In this document: one piece after another, positions 36,551 to 47,629 of the stretch
How the letters are laid out: every line of letters begins with the position of its first letter
Numbering within the stretch: position 1 is the stretch's first letter
Assembly: GCA_021851895.1 (NCBI GenBank)
Contig: JAJZQJ010000009.1
Span: 1 to 59,560, forward strand
Length of the DNA stretch: 59,560 nt
Reading direction: 5' to 3'
Origin: a bacterium
Lineage (GTDB): Bacteria > Patescibacteriota > Minisyncoccia > Phycocordibacterales > UBA6899
The notes under the pieces: model-generated
Seen by the model: only the letters and a program-made list of their open reading frames with translations
Told to the model about the DNA's origin: nothing
The model's database searches: none
Position numbers and translations under genes: made by a program

Positions 36551-38194
36551 ATGCTCCGCTTGCGCGAATACATCCTACCTGTGCTCTATGCATTCGCTCT
36601 TGGTGGTGTTGTTGGCGTCTATGCGTCATATCCGATCACTCTCGGCGTTGTGCTGAGTATGCTTGGTCTCATATTGCTCGTGCGTGCATTGCGCGGACAG
36701 TATCCGCTCACGATGATAATAATTACCGCAATCATCGGTTGCGGTGTCGGTATCTTTCGTGGGGCCGCATATGCTGAAACGTATCGTTGCGGTATGCTCT
36801 GCGCGAAGGTTGGTATTTATACTGAGTTCACGGGTCAGGTCGTCGATGAGCCGAGTACTCTCGGCGGTGGTCAGCGGTTTTATTTTAAGCCGAATGCATA
36901 TGAAGGGGAGGGTACGCTGCTTGTTTCGTCGGGGCGTTATCCAGAGGTTGCCTATGGAGATATCATTCATATCGGTGGAGTGGCAAAGTTGCCTGAAGTC
37001 ATTGAGAGTGAGCGTGGTGCGGATTTTCGCTATGACGATTTTTTGCGTGCGCGGGGGAGTATCTTGCTCTTTCGTGCGAAAAGTCTGCGCGTTGTAGAGC
37101 CGCGCAAAGGCAATGCTATCGTTACGAAGCTCCTTGACCTCAAAGGAAAGATCGCAAATGTTGTAAAGCGCCTGCCCTCTCCTGAGAGCGGTTTACTGAT
37201 GGGCATGATCTTTGGTGGAAAAAATGGATTGCCAAATGATGTACAAGATGATTTCCGCGTCGCTGGCCTGATTCACCTCGTCGTGCTTTCAGGGCAAAAT
37301 CTTGCGATCATTGCAGCGCTCGTGACCCTTTTTATTCGGCGTCTACTGGGATTCATATCGGGGACGTTCGTCTCATTGGGCGTCGTGCTCGCATATGCGA
37401 TCATCGGTGGTATGCAACCCGCGACCATGCGAGCGCTTTGTTTCATTGCACTCGTACTGCTATCGATCCTTTTGAAGAGAGAAGCACATCCTCCGCGCTT
37501 GTTTTTTGTGACACTTTCAATACTCCTCGTGCTCGATCCGTATATGCTCCTCGACGATCCCAGTTTTCAACTTTCTGCTCTAGCGGTTGCGGGGCTCTTC
37601 TTCATCGGACCGATCGTCGAGCGGATCTTACTTGCGCGGCACTATCCAGTGCTCGTCGTTACTTATCTCGCGCCACTTTTCGGTGCGCAACTTGCGGTGC
37701 TCCCTTATCTCGTTTGGTCGACGGGCCAATTGGCGCTGTATGCGTTTCCTGCGAATCTCGTCGTGCTTCTATTTGTCGGAGCACTTTCTATTGGAGGACT
37801 TTTCGTTGTTGGGGTTGGTTTGTTCTTTGGGGCAGTGTTCTCCCTTGTCGCGCTTCCTGTAACGGCAATGCTCTCCGCAGTACTTTTCGTTGCGCACTTT
37901 TTCGCACATCTTCCTTTTGCAAGCATACCTTTTGCACTGTCGGCAACAGCAATGCTTGCTGTTTATGCATTCATTGCGGTGTACCTCTTCTTCCGTTGGC
38001 GGCACTTGGATATGACTCCGCTTGCGCGTTATGCCTTGCGTGAGGAGGTGAAGGCGCTGCGAAATAAAAAAATCCCATGGACTCCTCCGCTTCCGGAGGA
38101 ACATGGGATCACACTTATGGGGAGTACGTGCTCGTTCGTATTCGAGAAGACCAACTCTCATACACGGGAAGACGTCATCGATTGGAGTGAGTGA
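36551..38194 (+). CDS. comEC: ComEC/Rec2 competence channel (membrane and OB part only)
   Basis: AGLIHLVVLSGQNL, SFQLS, multiple TM segments; no metallo-beta-lactamase domain. Confidence 0.88.
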   Translation: MLRLREYILPVLYAFALGGVVGVYASYPITLGVVLSMLGLILLVRALRGQYPLTMIIITAIIGCGVGIFRGAAYAETYRCGMLCAKVGIYTEFTGQVVDEPSTLGGGQRFYFKPNAYEGEGTLLVSSGRYPEVAYGDIIHIGGVAKLPEVIESERGADFRYDDFLRARGSILLFRAKSLRVVEPRKGNAIVTKLLDLKGKIANVVKRLPSPESGLLMGMIFGGKNGLPNDVQDDFRVAGLIHLVVLSGQNLAIIAALVTLFIRRLLGFISGTFVSLGVVLAYAIIGGMQPATMRALCFIALVLLSILLKREAHPPRLFFVTLSILLVLDPYMLLDDPSFQLSALAVAGLFFIGPIVERILLARHYPVLVVTYLAPLFGAQLAVLPYLVWSTGQLALYAFPANLVVLLFVGALSIGGLFVVGVGLFFGAVFSLVALPVTAMLSAVLFVAHFFAHLPFASIPFALSATAMLAVYAFIAVYLFFRWRHLDMTPLARYALREEVKALRNKKIPWTPPLPEEHGITLMGSTCSFVFEKTNSHTREDVIDWSE

Positions 38195-38761
38195 TCACGC
38201 GATCTCTGTTCTTTTGTAACTTCTCCACAGAAAGAAGACCACGACGATCGATATGAGTGCAAGCGCTCCGGTGTAGGGCTTCCAGATCTCGGTGTTTTTG
38301 CCGAAGAACATTCCGATCTCTACGAAGATGAATGCCCAGATGAGTGAAGCGAGAAACATCAATGATGCGTAAGCAATGCGTGGCGCCTTTCCAATGCCTC
38401 CGAAAATAGGTACGAAGACTTTAAGTGTTGGCAATAGTTTTGCAATGAAAAGGAAGCCAAGCCCCTTCTTCTCGAAGAAGCGCTCGGTCTTCGCAACATG
38501 ATGCGGCTTCATGGGGAGAAACTTGAGGGCTGCATTCATGCCATGCTCACGTGCGATCTCATAGAGGGCGATGTTTCCTATCGTGTTTCCTATGGCACCG
38601 ACGACGATCGCAGTAGGAAGCGAGAGCATTCCTGTGCCGACGAAATAGCCGACGACGATATAAAGTACCTGGCTCGATGGGAAAGAAAAGATCCCGTTCG
38701 AGAACATGAGTATGAATACTCCAAGGTAGGAGAGTGCGGAGATGATCTGCTCGATTTCCAT
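38195..38761 (-). CDS. DedA family membrane protein
   Basis: FPS, G..IGN..LY, FFEKKG..FLF.AKLLP. Confidence 0.85.
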   Translation of the reverse strand: MEIEQIISALSYLGVFILMFSNGIFSFPSSQVLYIVVGYFVGTGMLSLPTAIVVGAIGNTIGNIALYEIAREHGMNAALKFLPMKPHHVAKTERFFEKKGLGFLFIAKLLPTLKVFVPIFGGIGKAPRIAYASLMFLASLIWAFIFVEIGMFFGKNTEIWKPYTGALALISIVVVFFLWRSYKRTEIA

Positions 38762-38888
38762 CGAATTATTGTAGCACGAGAACGGGGAGTCGGCTTTTTG
38801 CTTTCCTTACGGTGTGTGGGTCGCGCTCGACATGGCAATGGGTCGGTGTCAACGGTTCCTGTGAGTGGGAATGCACTATAATATGTGC

Positions 38889-41800
38889 ATGTCAGTATCG
38901 CAGCAATTTGATGAGGAATACAAGAAGTTGACCCCACTCCAAAGAGAGGTTGTCGACACTATAGATGGCCCGCTCATGGTGGTCGCCGGCCCTGGAACAG
39001 GCAAGACCCAGGTGCTTGGTCTCCGTGTCGCGAACATCCTGAAGCAGCGTGATGTTGCACCGAACAACATTCTCTGTTTGACATTTACCGATGCGGGTGC
39101 AGTAAATATGCGCGAGCGCCTTTCGCGTTTCATCGGTTCCGATGCATATCGCGTCGGCATCTATACGTTTCACGCATTTTGTAATGCAACGATAGGTCGG
39201 TATCCTGAATATTTTTACAATGCAGCGACATTCAGTGCGGCTGATGATATCGCGCGCGCAGAGATCATGGAGGCATTGTTTCGTAAGCTTCCACACGGTC
39301 ATCCCTTGGCGAGCTATCATCCCGATGAGGGCTTCGTGTATCGAAGAGATGTGATCGATCGTATCAAGCACATAAAATCCGCGGGATTCACTCCAAGTGA
39401 ATATGCGCATGAAGTCGAGTCTGCGATCAAGGAGATGCCGAAGGCAAGCAAGGTGATCGCATCATGGCCGGAGCGTCTCTCTATAAAAGCGCTTGCCCCT
39501 ATCGAATCGATCCTTGCGGAACTCCTCGCACAGAACACGAGCTATGCGCTTTTCCTGGCGAAGACCCTCTCGGTTGCTTACGAAGAAGCGCGCGACCTTG
39601 GTAAGACTGGTCCTTTGGGTGACTGGAGGAATAAATTCACTGAGAAGGGTGACGACGATGTGCGTGTGCTCAAGGACATCGGTCGCATCGAGAAGATGCG
39701 TGCAGTTGCACAGGTCTATGAGGAATATGAAAAGGCGCTGCATGAACGAGCGCTGTATGACTATGACGATATGATCATCGACGTGCGTTGTGCGCTCGAA
39801 GAGAATAGTACGTTGCGCAACATGCTCGAGGAGCAGTATCAGTATATCCTTGTCGACGAGTTTCAGGATACGAATGAGGCGCAGATGAAACTGGTTTCCG
39901 CACTCTCTTCGAATCCTGTTCATGAAGGGAAGCCAAATGTTATGGTCGTTGGTGACGATGATCAAGCGATCTTCAAATTTCAAGGTGCCGAGTTGTCGAA
40001 CATTCTCAATTTTGAAAGGATGTACAGAGACGTGGCGACCATCGTGCTCGACAAGAATTTTCGTTCGCATGAGAACATACTCACTGCTGCACGAAAGGTC
40101 GTATTGCAGGGCTCGTATCGTCTCGAGAATGTGAAGAATATCTCAAAGGAATTATCTCAAGGAAATAAGGGACTCAAGGAGGGAATCGTCGATTACAAAC
40201 AATATGGTTCTGATGTAGAGGAGTTTGCTGCTGTTGCGGCGCGCATACGTACGATGATCGATGCGGGCGAGGATCCATTGGAGATAGCGGTGATTGCACA
40301 CAAGCATGCGCAGCTTCAAGAGTTCTTGCCATATCTTGAGCGTGAGGGCGTCCCTTATGCATATATACGCAGAGCAAGTGTCTTTGATGAACCACATGTT
40401 CACGAATTGATCACCGTATGCGAGTATGTTGCTTCATTATCTGGCGAGGGTGGGCGGAAGGATGATCTGCTTCCACGCTTGCTTTCGAGTCCGACGTTTG
40501 GCCTCTCGCGCATACAGCTTTTCAAGATCGCAGTCCGTGCAAAAGATGAGGACATGAGTTGGGCAGAAGTCATCGGAACGATGGATGACCCGGCGATCGT
40601 TAGCGCGTTTGAATTGCTCGCACGTTTAGGTGGGAATGCGGAGAGTATGCCACTCGAGCATCTTCTCGATGAATACATGCGGGAATCAGGATTTCGCCTG
40701 CATTACTTTGGCAAGGATGCGCTCAAGGAAAGACCAGCGCAGTATGTTGCATTTCTTGCATCGCTGAAGACATTCATCGAGGCGCTGAGAGGCTGGCGAG
40801 AGGGCGAACCACTCTTTGCACGCGATGTCGCTCCTTTTGTCGCGTTACATAAAGAGCAGGGCATAGGATTGATAAGTACGTCACCTTTCGTGAAAGGAGG
40901 TCGTGCAGTGCAGGTCATGTCTGCACACAAGAGCAAGGGGCTCGAGTTCGGTAGTGTGTTCATCATCGGTGCTCATGAGTCCGTCTGGGCACGATCGGGT
41001 AGAGCAAACAAAGCCCCGGTTCCCGCATCGCTCTTGCCGCGCATCTCTCCTGCGGGAGAAGACGAAGATGATTTCATCCGCATACTCTATGTTGCATTGA
41101 CTCGCGCGAAGCATACATTGTCCGTCACTGGACATGACAAGCTCGTGAAATATCTCGGTGCTGTCAGTGATACTCCCGAGGAGGGGGAGAAGATCGATCT
41201 TGCGTCTGATGCTGGCGAGCGTGCGATACTCGCGCATGAGCAGGTTCTTTCTCTCGTTGCCCCACCATATGTCGAGGATGAGTTTGCGGTGCTGAAGGAG
41301 GCACTCGTCGACTACCGACTTTCGGTGACGCATCTCAATAATTTTCTCGATGTAACGCAAAACGGTCCAGCATATTTTCTCGAGCAGAATCTTCTGCACT
41401 TCCCTCAGCCGATGAGTGTCGCGGGAACATTCGGTTCCGCGATCGATGCCGCGCTTACGGAGCTCATTCGTTATCCGAAATATAATGCGGGTGAGTCTGC
41501 ACCGCTCGAACGTCTCGTTGCGGTGTTTACACACGAGCTTGCAAAAGGCCGCTTGCCGAAGGATGAAGCGAAAAAACAGATCCGTCGTGGTGAAGAGGTG
41601 CTCGCTGCATATATGCAAGAGAAAAAGGGCTACTATCGTATCGAAGATGAAGCCCAGGTTGATTTTCGAAATGAAGGCATCGTTGTTGAGGGTGCACCAT
41701 TGTCGGGAAAGATCGATCTCCTCCGGGAAGAAAAGGGCGCATTCGATGTCATCGACTTCAAGACAGGAAAGACGAGTCCCGCGTGGGAAGCTTCGGGTAT

Positions 41801-42116
41801 GGATGTGCATGAGAAGATAAAATTGCACAAGTATAAGCAGCAACTCTTGTTTTATAAATTGCTCCTCGAGAAGAGTACTCGACATGCGATTCCCGTACGT
41901 TCGCTCTCACTTGAATTCGTGGAGAGTGCGATCGATGGCGATGTGGTGCGACTGTCTTATACGCCGACGGAGGATGAACTCATCAGACTGACAAAGCTCA
42001 TTGGTATCGTGTATAAGAAGATCATGGCACTCGATCTGCCTGACGTAACACAATACGACAAGAGCGTGAAAGGCATCATCGCATTTGAGGAGGATCTATT
42101 AAGCGGAAAGATCTAA
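38889..42116 (+). CDS. UvrD/PcrA-family helicase fused to a C-terminal PD-(D/E)XK nuclease
   Basis: VAGPGTGKT, LTFT, VDEFQD, VGDDDQAI, HKSKGLEF, LYVALTRAK; GKIDLL..VIDFKTG. Confidence 0.93.
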   Translation: MSVSQQFDEEYKKLTPLQREVVDTIDGPLMVVAGPGTGKTQVLGLRVANILKQRDVAPNNILCLTFTDAGAVNMRERLSRFIGSDAYRVGIYTFHAFCNATIGRYPEYFYNAATFSAADDIARAEIMEALFRKLPHGHPLASYHPDEGFVYRRDVIDRIKHIKSAGFTPSEYAHEVESAIKEMPKASKVIASWPERLSIKALAPIESILAELLAQNTSYALFLAKTLSVAYEEARDLGKTGPLGDWRNKFTEKGDDDVRVLKDIGRIEKMRAVAQVYEEYEKALHERALYDYDDMIIDVRCALEENSTLRNMLEEQYQYILVDEFQDTNEAQMKLVSALSSNPVHEGKPNVMVVGDDDQAIFKFQGAELSNILNFERMYRDVATIVLDKNFRSHENILTAARKVVLQGSYRLENVKNISKELSQGNKGLKEGIVDYKQYGSDVEEFAAVAARIRTMIDAGEDPLEIAVIAHKHAQLQEFLPYLEREGVPYAYIRRASVFDEPHVHELITVCEYVASLSGEGGRKDDLLPRLLSSPTFGLSRIQLFKIAVRAKDEDMSWAEVIGTMDDPAIVSAFELLARLGGNAESMPLEHLLDEYMRESGFRLHYFGKDALKERPAQYVAFLASLKTFIEALRGWREGEPLFARDVAPFVALHKEQGIGLISTSPFVKGGRAVQVMSAHKSKGLEFGSVFIIGAHESVWARSGRANKAPVPASLLPRISPAGEDEDDFIRILYVALTRAKHTLSVTGHDKLVKYLGAVSDTPEEGEKIDLASDAGERAILAHEQVLSLVAPPYVEDEFAVLKEALVDYRLSVTHLNNFLDVTQNGPAYFLEQNLLHFPQPMSVAGTFGSAIDAALTELIRYPKYNAGESAPLERLVAVFTHELAKGRLPKDEAKKQIRRGEEVLAAYMQEKKGYYRIEDEAQVDFRNEGIVVEGAPLSGKIDLLREEKGAFDVIDFKTGKTSPAWEASGMDVHEKIKLHKYKQQLLFYKLLLEKSTRHAIPVRSLSLEFVESAIDGDVVRLSYTPTEDELIRLTKLIGIVYKKIMALDLPDVTQYDKSVKGIIAFEEDLLSGKI

Positions 42117-42188
42117 AACACTGGGCAGTAGCCCGGTGTTTTGTTTGTCCCCTTAGGAAGCCGGCGCTCGTGGTGTACAATAGTATCA

Positions 42189-43994
42189 ATGAACATTGAC
42201 TGCAGCGTAAAGGAGGATCGAGGTTTCACCTTGATAGAGACGGTTGTTTCCGTCGCGATTTTCGCTTTCGTTGCAATAGGACTCTATATGTCATATGCGC
42301 AGGTGATGAAGGTTGTCCATCGTGCGCAGTTGCGCGTGGCGACTACGGCACTCGCGACCGAGCAGTTCGAGATGATAAGAAATCTGCCATATAGTTCCGT
42401 TGGTTTGAAGAATGGAATTCCAAGCGGAGTACTCTCTCCACTGCAATCACTCGTGCGCAGCGGCATGACGTTCAATGTGGCAACGATGGTGCGCAATATC
42501 GACCTTCCCTTTGATGGGCTTGCTCCTAGTGATACGAATCCAGCAGACAATAAATTGGTCGAGCTTGATATCATGTGTACTTCGTGTAGCGATCAGATCC
42601 CGATGTCCTTCACGACACAAGTTGGGCCGAAAGATCTCGAGGCGTCATCGACGCTCGGCTCACTCTTCGTGCGTACCATAAATGCCACAGGAAGCGCACT
42701 GCCTGGCGCAACGGTGCACATTGTGCTCGCTTCATCTACTGCACCTGTTGACTATACGGACATCACTGGAGCAAACGGCATGTTGCAGCTCGTTGGTGTG
42801 CTTCCAGCGGTGAATGCATACCAAGTTTCAGCGACAGAACCTGGTTACTCCATTGATCAGACGTACTCTCCTTATGGTCCGACGACAACGCACCCCGTCC
42901 TTCCTTATGCAACGGTTGCTCCGGGGACAGTGACGCAGCTCACGCTCGCGATCGATAAACTTGCTGATCTCAATGTGACGAGTGTTACTCCCGCATGTAC
43001 GAGGATCCCTGGGGTGCCATTCACATTGACGGGTGCGAAGTTAATCGGCACCGAACCCGTCTATAAATACCAAGCGACGAGTACAACCGATGGTGGTGGC
43101 GGGCTTGAGTTGCCAAATATGGAATGGGATAACTACACTGTCGAGGCATCGAAAGCAGGGTATGATCTCGTTGGTATCAGTCCACTCTCGCCGTTTACAC
43201 TTGCGCCTGGTTCGACGCAAAATCTCCAGCTCGTACTTATCCCGCAGACGGGGAATCCTAATGACAATACGCTCCTCGTCACTGTTACAGACGGTGTGAC
43301 TGGGCTCCCGCTTTCGGGTGCGGATATCGTCGTTGAAAAGGGAGGTGAGGTTACGCAATATCTTACAACTGGACGTGGTTTCTTGAACCAGACTGATTGG
43401 TCAGGGGGTTCTGGGCAAGATATGTTCGTCGATCCAACCGCTTATTACAGTGATGATGGCAATGTCGATGTGAGTGGTACTGCGGGCTCGGTGAAGCTCA
43501 AGAAATTCGGTGGTGGTTACGCTTCATCAGGAACACTCGAGTCATCGGTCTTCAGTGTTGATACAGCAAGTAATTTCTATCAATTGCGCTTCTCACAGAC
43601 GACGCAGCCAGCAGGCACTGAAGCAAAATTCCAGCTCGCTACAGCGAATGCGACCTCGGGCCCATGGATATTCATTGGGCCGAATGGTACGACGACATCG
43701 TATTACACCGCGACGACGACTGATATAAGTCCGGTATCCTCTGGATATAAATATTTCAAATATAAACTCTATCTCTCGTCGACCGATTCGAATAAGACTC
43801 CTGTTGTTGATGATGTTTCATTTACGTTCTCTTCTGCATGTGTCTCATCCGGTCAGGCGTATGCTCAGGGGTTGCATAATGGTACATGGACCGTTACGGT
43901 CTCAAAATCCGGCTATGCGACAGAAGTTCAGAATGTCGTCATGAGTACGACCAAACCGTGGGGAACGGTATCGTTCCAATTGAATCCAGCCTGA
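42189..43994 (+). CDS. Prepilin-type protein (PilV-like) with large beta-sandwich / carboxypeptidase-regulatory-like domains
   Basis: RG|FTLIE cleavage motif and hydrophobic helix; VTDGVTGLPLSGA, SKSGY repeats. Confidence 0.85.
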   Translation: MNIDCSVKEDRGFTLIETVVSVAIFAFVAIGLYMSYAQVMKVVHRAQLRVATTALATEQFEMIRNLPYSSVGLKNGIPSGVLSPLQSLVRSGMTFNVATMVRNIDLPFDGLAPSDTNPADNKLVELDIMCTSCSDQIPMSFTTQVGPKDLEASSTLGSLFVRTINATGSALPGATVHIVLASSTAPVDYTDITGANGMLQLVGVLPAVNAYQVSATEPGYSIDQTYSPYGPTTTHPVLPYATVAPGTVTQLTLAIDKLADLNVTSVTPACTRIPGVPFTLTGAKLIGTEPVYKYQATSTTDGGGGLELPNMEWDNYTVEASKAGYDLVGISPLSPFTLAPGSTQNLQLVLIPQTGNPNDNTLLVTVTDGVTGLPLSGADIVVEKGGEVTQYLTTGRGFLNQTDWSGGSGQDMFVDPTAYYSDDGNVDVSGTAGSVKLKKFGGGYASSGTLESSVFSVDTASNFYQLRFSQTTQPAGTEAKFQLATANATSGPWIFIGPNGTTTSYYTATTTDISPVSSGYKYFKYKLYLSSTDSNKTPVVDDVSFTFSSACVSSGQAYAQGLHNGTWTVTVSKSGYATEVQNVVMSTTKPWGTVSFQLNPA

Positions 43995-44057
43995 TAAACA
44001 CGATCGTCTTTGCGATCGTGTTTATTTTCGTCTTTGTGTCGTGTACAATGATGAGGT

Positions 44058-44693
44058 ATGTTCGCTCCGCAAAAGAAGAATTCGCTTTCCGATACTCGTG
44101 GTGTGACGATCATCGAGCTTATCGTAGTGCTCTTCATCCTCTCGCTTATCGCTGGGGCGGTCTATGCGTTTCAGAAAAACGTGTTTAGTACATCACGACT
44201 CTTGCAGACAAGTTTACGGAGTGAATCCGACGTGCGGAACGTCTTTAAGAATTTCACTGCAGAGGTGCGTCGCGCGTCACCAGGCTGGAATGGTGCATAT
44301 ACGATCGAAACTGCTGGTACTTCTACCTTTGTGTTCTATACGACCATGGACGGTGATACGTATACCGAGAGGATGCGTTATCAGCTTTTCGGAACGACGC
44401 TTTTGCGTGGAGTCACGAAATTCAACAGCACTACAGGCGCATATGATCTCCCTGAATCAACGAGCACGGTGATGTCAGGAATCAATGCGGATCCTTTCGG
44501 TAAGATATTCACTTACTACGACAAATCGTATGATGGTACCGCTACCTACCCAGCACTTACTGATCCCGTTGATATCGCGCGCGTACGACTCGTGCGCTTC
44601 GATCTTCCCGTGGCTCCGCTCGGAACATCGGCTTCCTCGACGAAGGTGAATTCTGTCGAAGTGAATTTACGGAATCTGAAAGATAATTATTGA
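44058..44693 (+). CDS. Minor pilin (PilW-like)
   Basis: RG|VTIIELIVV prepilin motif; C-terminal LRN. Confidence 0.8.
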   Translation: MFAPQKKNSLSDTRGVTIIELIVVLFILSLIAGAVYAFQKNVFSTSRLLQTSLRSESDVRNVFKNFTAEVRRASPGWNGAYTIETAGTSTFVFYTTMDGDTYTERMRYQLFGTTLLRGVTKFNSTTGAYDLPESTSTVMSGINADPFGKIFTYYDKSYDGTATYPALTDPVDIARVRLVRFDLPVAPLGTSASSTKVNSVEVNLRNLKDNY

Positions 44694-44695
44694 GT

Positions 44696-46141
44696 ATGCA
44701 ATCTATTCAATTACAAAAAGGTGCGCTACTCATACAGGTCGTCGTTTTCCTTGCGATCGGTCTTATGATGCTTTCGGGTATCATGGGTTGGGGTGTGAGT
44801 GCTGTGCGGCTCGCGCATCATACAGAGAATCGCGAGCAGGCCCTGCAGGTCGCTGAAGCGGGTATTGATTATTATCGTTGGCATCTCGCTCATGACGCTA
44901 CTGATTTTTACGATGGAAACGGGGCAACGAGTACAGGTCCATATGTGCATGACTTCTTCGATAAAGACGGGAAGCAGATCGGGCAATATGCATTGACGAT
45001 CACTCCACCTCCTCCGGGATCTTCGCTGGTCACTATCGCGTCCACGGGTACGGTACTCGTGGATCCTACTGCGGTTCGCGCAGTCGTTGAACGTGTTGCG
45101 AAACCTTCATATGCGAAATATGCATTCGTCTCGAATGCTGCAGGAACGTATTATGGCTCGGGCGATGATGTTTATGGAGAGATCTATTCGAATGGCGTGC
45201 TGCGTTTCGATTCTCCTGCGAAGGCACACGGTCTCGTCTCGAGTATGCTCTCTTCAACGACCGATCCCTATTATGGAAAGATCTGGGGAGTGTCATGTAC
45301 GGGAGATCCGACACCACCGACGATGTATACGAGTGCGTCTTGTCCGAACATCTTGCTCGCGGGTCGTAATATCAACGCACCGCAGATAAGTTTCAGTAAT
45401 CTCGCGCTCGATCTGTCGTCACTGCGCACCAAAGCGATCGCAAATAATAATTACTATGCCGATTCCGGTGCAAAGGGATACCTCATCCGATTGAAGACCG
45501 ATGATACATACGACCTCTATCGCGTGAATACGGTGAAGTCGACACCAGGAGGATGTTCGAATGCCTATAGTGAGACAGGGTGGGGAATTTGGAGTGTGAA
45601 TACAACGAGTTACATCGGAAACTATCCATTCCCCTCAGATGGCATCATCTTCGTTGCGGACGATCTTTGGGTCGAAGGACAGATCAATGGTGCTCATGTC
45701 ACTATCGCGGCAGGAAGGAATGCCGGTGGTGGCTCGCTGAAGCCGAATGCGAACATCATCGTGAATAACAATCTGCTCTATACGAATAAAGATGGGAGCG
45801 ATGGTATTGGGCTGATCGCAGAAAATAGTTTCGTCGTCGGTCTCTACTCTGCGGACAATCTCGAGGTCGATGCAGCGATCATCGCCGAGAATGGGTCGAC
45901 AAGGCGTAATTACTACAGCTCGAACTGCAGCGCAACCTATTACAAGCGTAGTGCACTCAAGATATTCGGCATGATGGTCTCGAATGGCCAGGGGTATTTC
46001 GTTTGGACTTCGAGCGGATTCGTCACTTCGGGATATGCGACGCAGCCAGTACAGTATGACGGAAACTTGCTTTACGCACCGCCACCGTCATTTCCACTCA
46101 CTACAGATCAATATCAAATCGTCAGTTGGAATGAGATATAA
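44696..46141 (+). CDS. Minor pilin (PilX-like) with large C-terminal domain
   Basis: KG|ALLI (no Glu5), QALQVAEAGI. Confidence 0.8.
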   Translation: MQSIQLQKGALLIQVVVFLAIGLMMLSGIMGWGVSAVRLAHHTENREQALQVAEAGIDYYRWHLAHDATDFYDGNGATSTGPYVHDFFDKDGKQIGQYALTITPPPPGSSLVTIASTGTVLVDPTAVRAVVERVAKPSYAKYAFVSNAAGTYYGSGDDVYGEIYSNGVLRFDSPAKAHGLVSSMLSSTTDPYYGKIWGVSCTGDPTPPTMYTSASCPNILLAGRNINAPQISFSNLALDLSSLRTKAIANNNYYADSGAKGYLIRLKTDDTYDLYRVNTVKSTPGGCSNAYSETGWGIWSVNTTSYIGNYPFPSDGIIFVADDLWVEGQINGAHVTIAAGRNAGGGSLKPNANIIVNNNLLYTNKDGSDGIGLIAENSFVVGLYSADNLEVDAAIIAENGSTRRNYYSSNCSATYYKRSALKIFGMMVSNGQGYFVWTSSGFVTSGYATQPVQYDGNLLYAPPPSFPLTTDQYQIVSWNEI

Positions 46142-46233
46142 AAACCAGCCCTGAGGCTGGTTTTTGACAAATTATGATCGCGTGTTATGGTCTTGGTTAG
46201 AACATTTTCGAAAGCCCCTATTGGAGCGTAGTC

Positions 46234-46995
46234 ATGTCACATGATCCCAAGTTTGTGGATGCGATTAAGCGAGTGTACAGTCAGATCGAACGGAAAGACT
46301 ATCCCGCCGCATTGCGAACTTTTGCACAAACAAATTATTTGCCTGAGCGGGCAGTCATGGAATTTGTGAGAAATGCTCCACCTTCGCTTGTAGTGCAGTT
46401 CGAGCATGCATTTTCTATGTACTGCCTGGATGGTCTTGCGAAAGAAAATATTTTTGATCGCTCGATTAATATTACCGTCTTGCTCACCGTTGCTCGAGTA
46501 AGGGGGTTACTGAATTACCTCAAGATGCGCGATCGGTTTTGCTCTCTAGTTGCAGATTTTCCGAGACCATTGCCGCTTATCATTACGGCTAAAATGAGCG
46601 CCTTTGATGATTCGATCATGATGAACTCTAGGCATTCAGTGCTCACTGCTCGCGGCTTCGTCCGTGTACAGTTTAATGCGAAATTTTCTCAATATTCACA
46701 CCCCGAACTTTCCTCTCTACTTACGGTGTGCACTTCGCGCGATCAAGCGAAAAAGCTTGAGAGGGAACGAAAGGAAGCTGAAGTTGTGAAGAGCAAATTT
46801 GTGAGGCCAAAGACGCATGAAGGATGGCTTGAGCTTGGTTTCAAAGTAAAAACGCTAGGGCATAATTACGTTGTATACACAGGCTGTAATGAAAGTGGTA
46901 GGGAGGTTTACTATACGGCCTGGTATTCAATAGAGAAGATGGATGCGCTCCATCTTGAAAGTGTATGTACTGGACTTGCACAGGTTGACTTATAG
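46234..46995 (+). CDS. Hypothetical protein
   Basis: 253-aa ORF, GGAG SD, upstream TTGACA. Confidence 0.6.
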   Translation: MSHDPKFVDAIKRVYSQIERKDYPAALRTFAQTNYLPERAVMEFVRNAPPSLVVQFEHAFSMYCLDGLAKENIFDRSINITVLLTVARVRGLLNYLKMRDRFCSLVADFPRPLPLIITAKMSAFDDSIMMNSRHSVLTARGFVRVQFNAKFSQYSHPELSSLLTVCTSRDQAKKLERERKEAEVVKSKFVRPKTHEGWLELGFKVKTLGHNYVVYTGCNESGREVYYTAWYSIEKMDALHLESVCTGLAQVDL

Positions 46996-47119
46996 GTAGA
47001 AGGTAAATAACAAGTGGCCCAGAAGGGCCATTTTAAATAATATGTTATATTGACAAAAGTAGTAATATATGATATATTATTACCGTTCTTTCCCAACCAC
47101 CTTTGCGAAAGGAGGCCCC

Positions 47120-47629
47120 ATGGCCACCGAGATCCCCGTCACCATCACTTCCCCCCGCATCAAGGAGGAGAAGCCGGCTCCGACCTTCATCCCGCTCCCC
47201 TCGGGGAACGTGCGCGTCGCGATGACCCTCTCCAGCCTGCCGACGTGGGCCGCCGCCCTCGACTACACGCCGAGCTCCTCGGAGCCGGTCACCCATGCCT
47301 CCGGCAAGGTCGAGCGGTCCGGCCTGAAGGACCTTTGCCTCGGCGCCGCGATCTTCGAGACCCACGCGCTCGTCTCCGTGCGCAAGAAGAATGTCCCTTA
47401 CGGCGGCAAGCAGCGGGAGAAGTTCGTCTTCTTCCTCGTCCCGCGTACCCGCCTCGTCGGTGATCAGACGGAGCTCATGCTCCACATCGAGGCCTCGCTG
47501 CGCAACGATCTCGCGTACCTCGCCTTCAACGACGGCAAGGTGTTCGACAACGGTGATCACCACTGCGTGGACCTCCGTGGCCCTGCCGGCCGGCGCAACG
47601 CGAACAACTCGTTCGTCATCGGCAAGTAG
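47120..47629 (+). CDS. Hypothetical protein, anomalously GC-rich
   Basis: AAAGGAGG SD, TTGACA promoter at 47050, nearly all third codon positions G/C, own terminator. Confidence 0.7.
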   Translation: MATEIPVTITSPRIKEEKPAPTFIPLPSGNVRVAMTLSSLPTWAAALDYTPSSSEPVTHASGKVERSGLKDLCLGAAIFETHALVSVRKKNVPYGGKQREKFVFFLVPRTRLVGDQTELMLHIEASLRNDLAYLAFNDGKVFDNGDHHCVDLRGPAGRRNANNSFVIGK

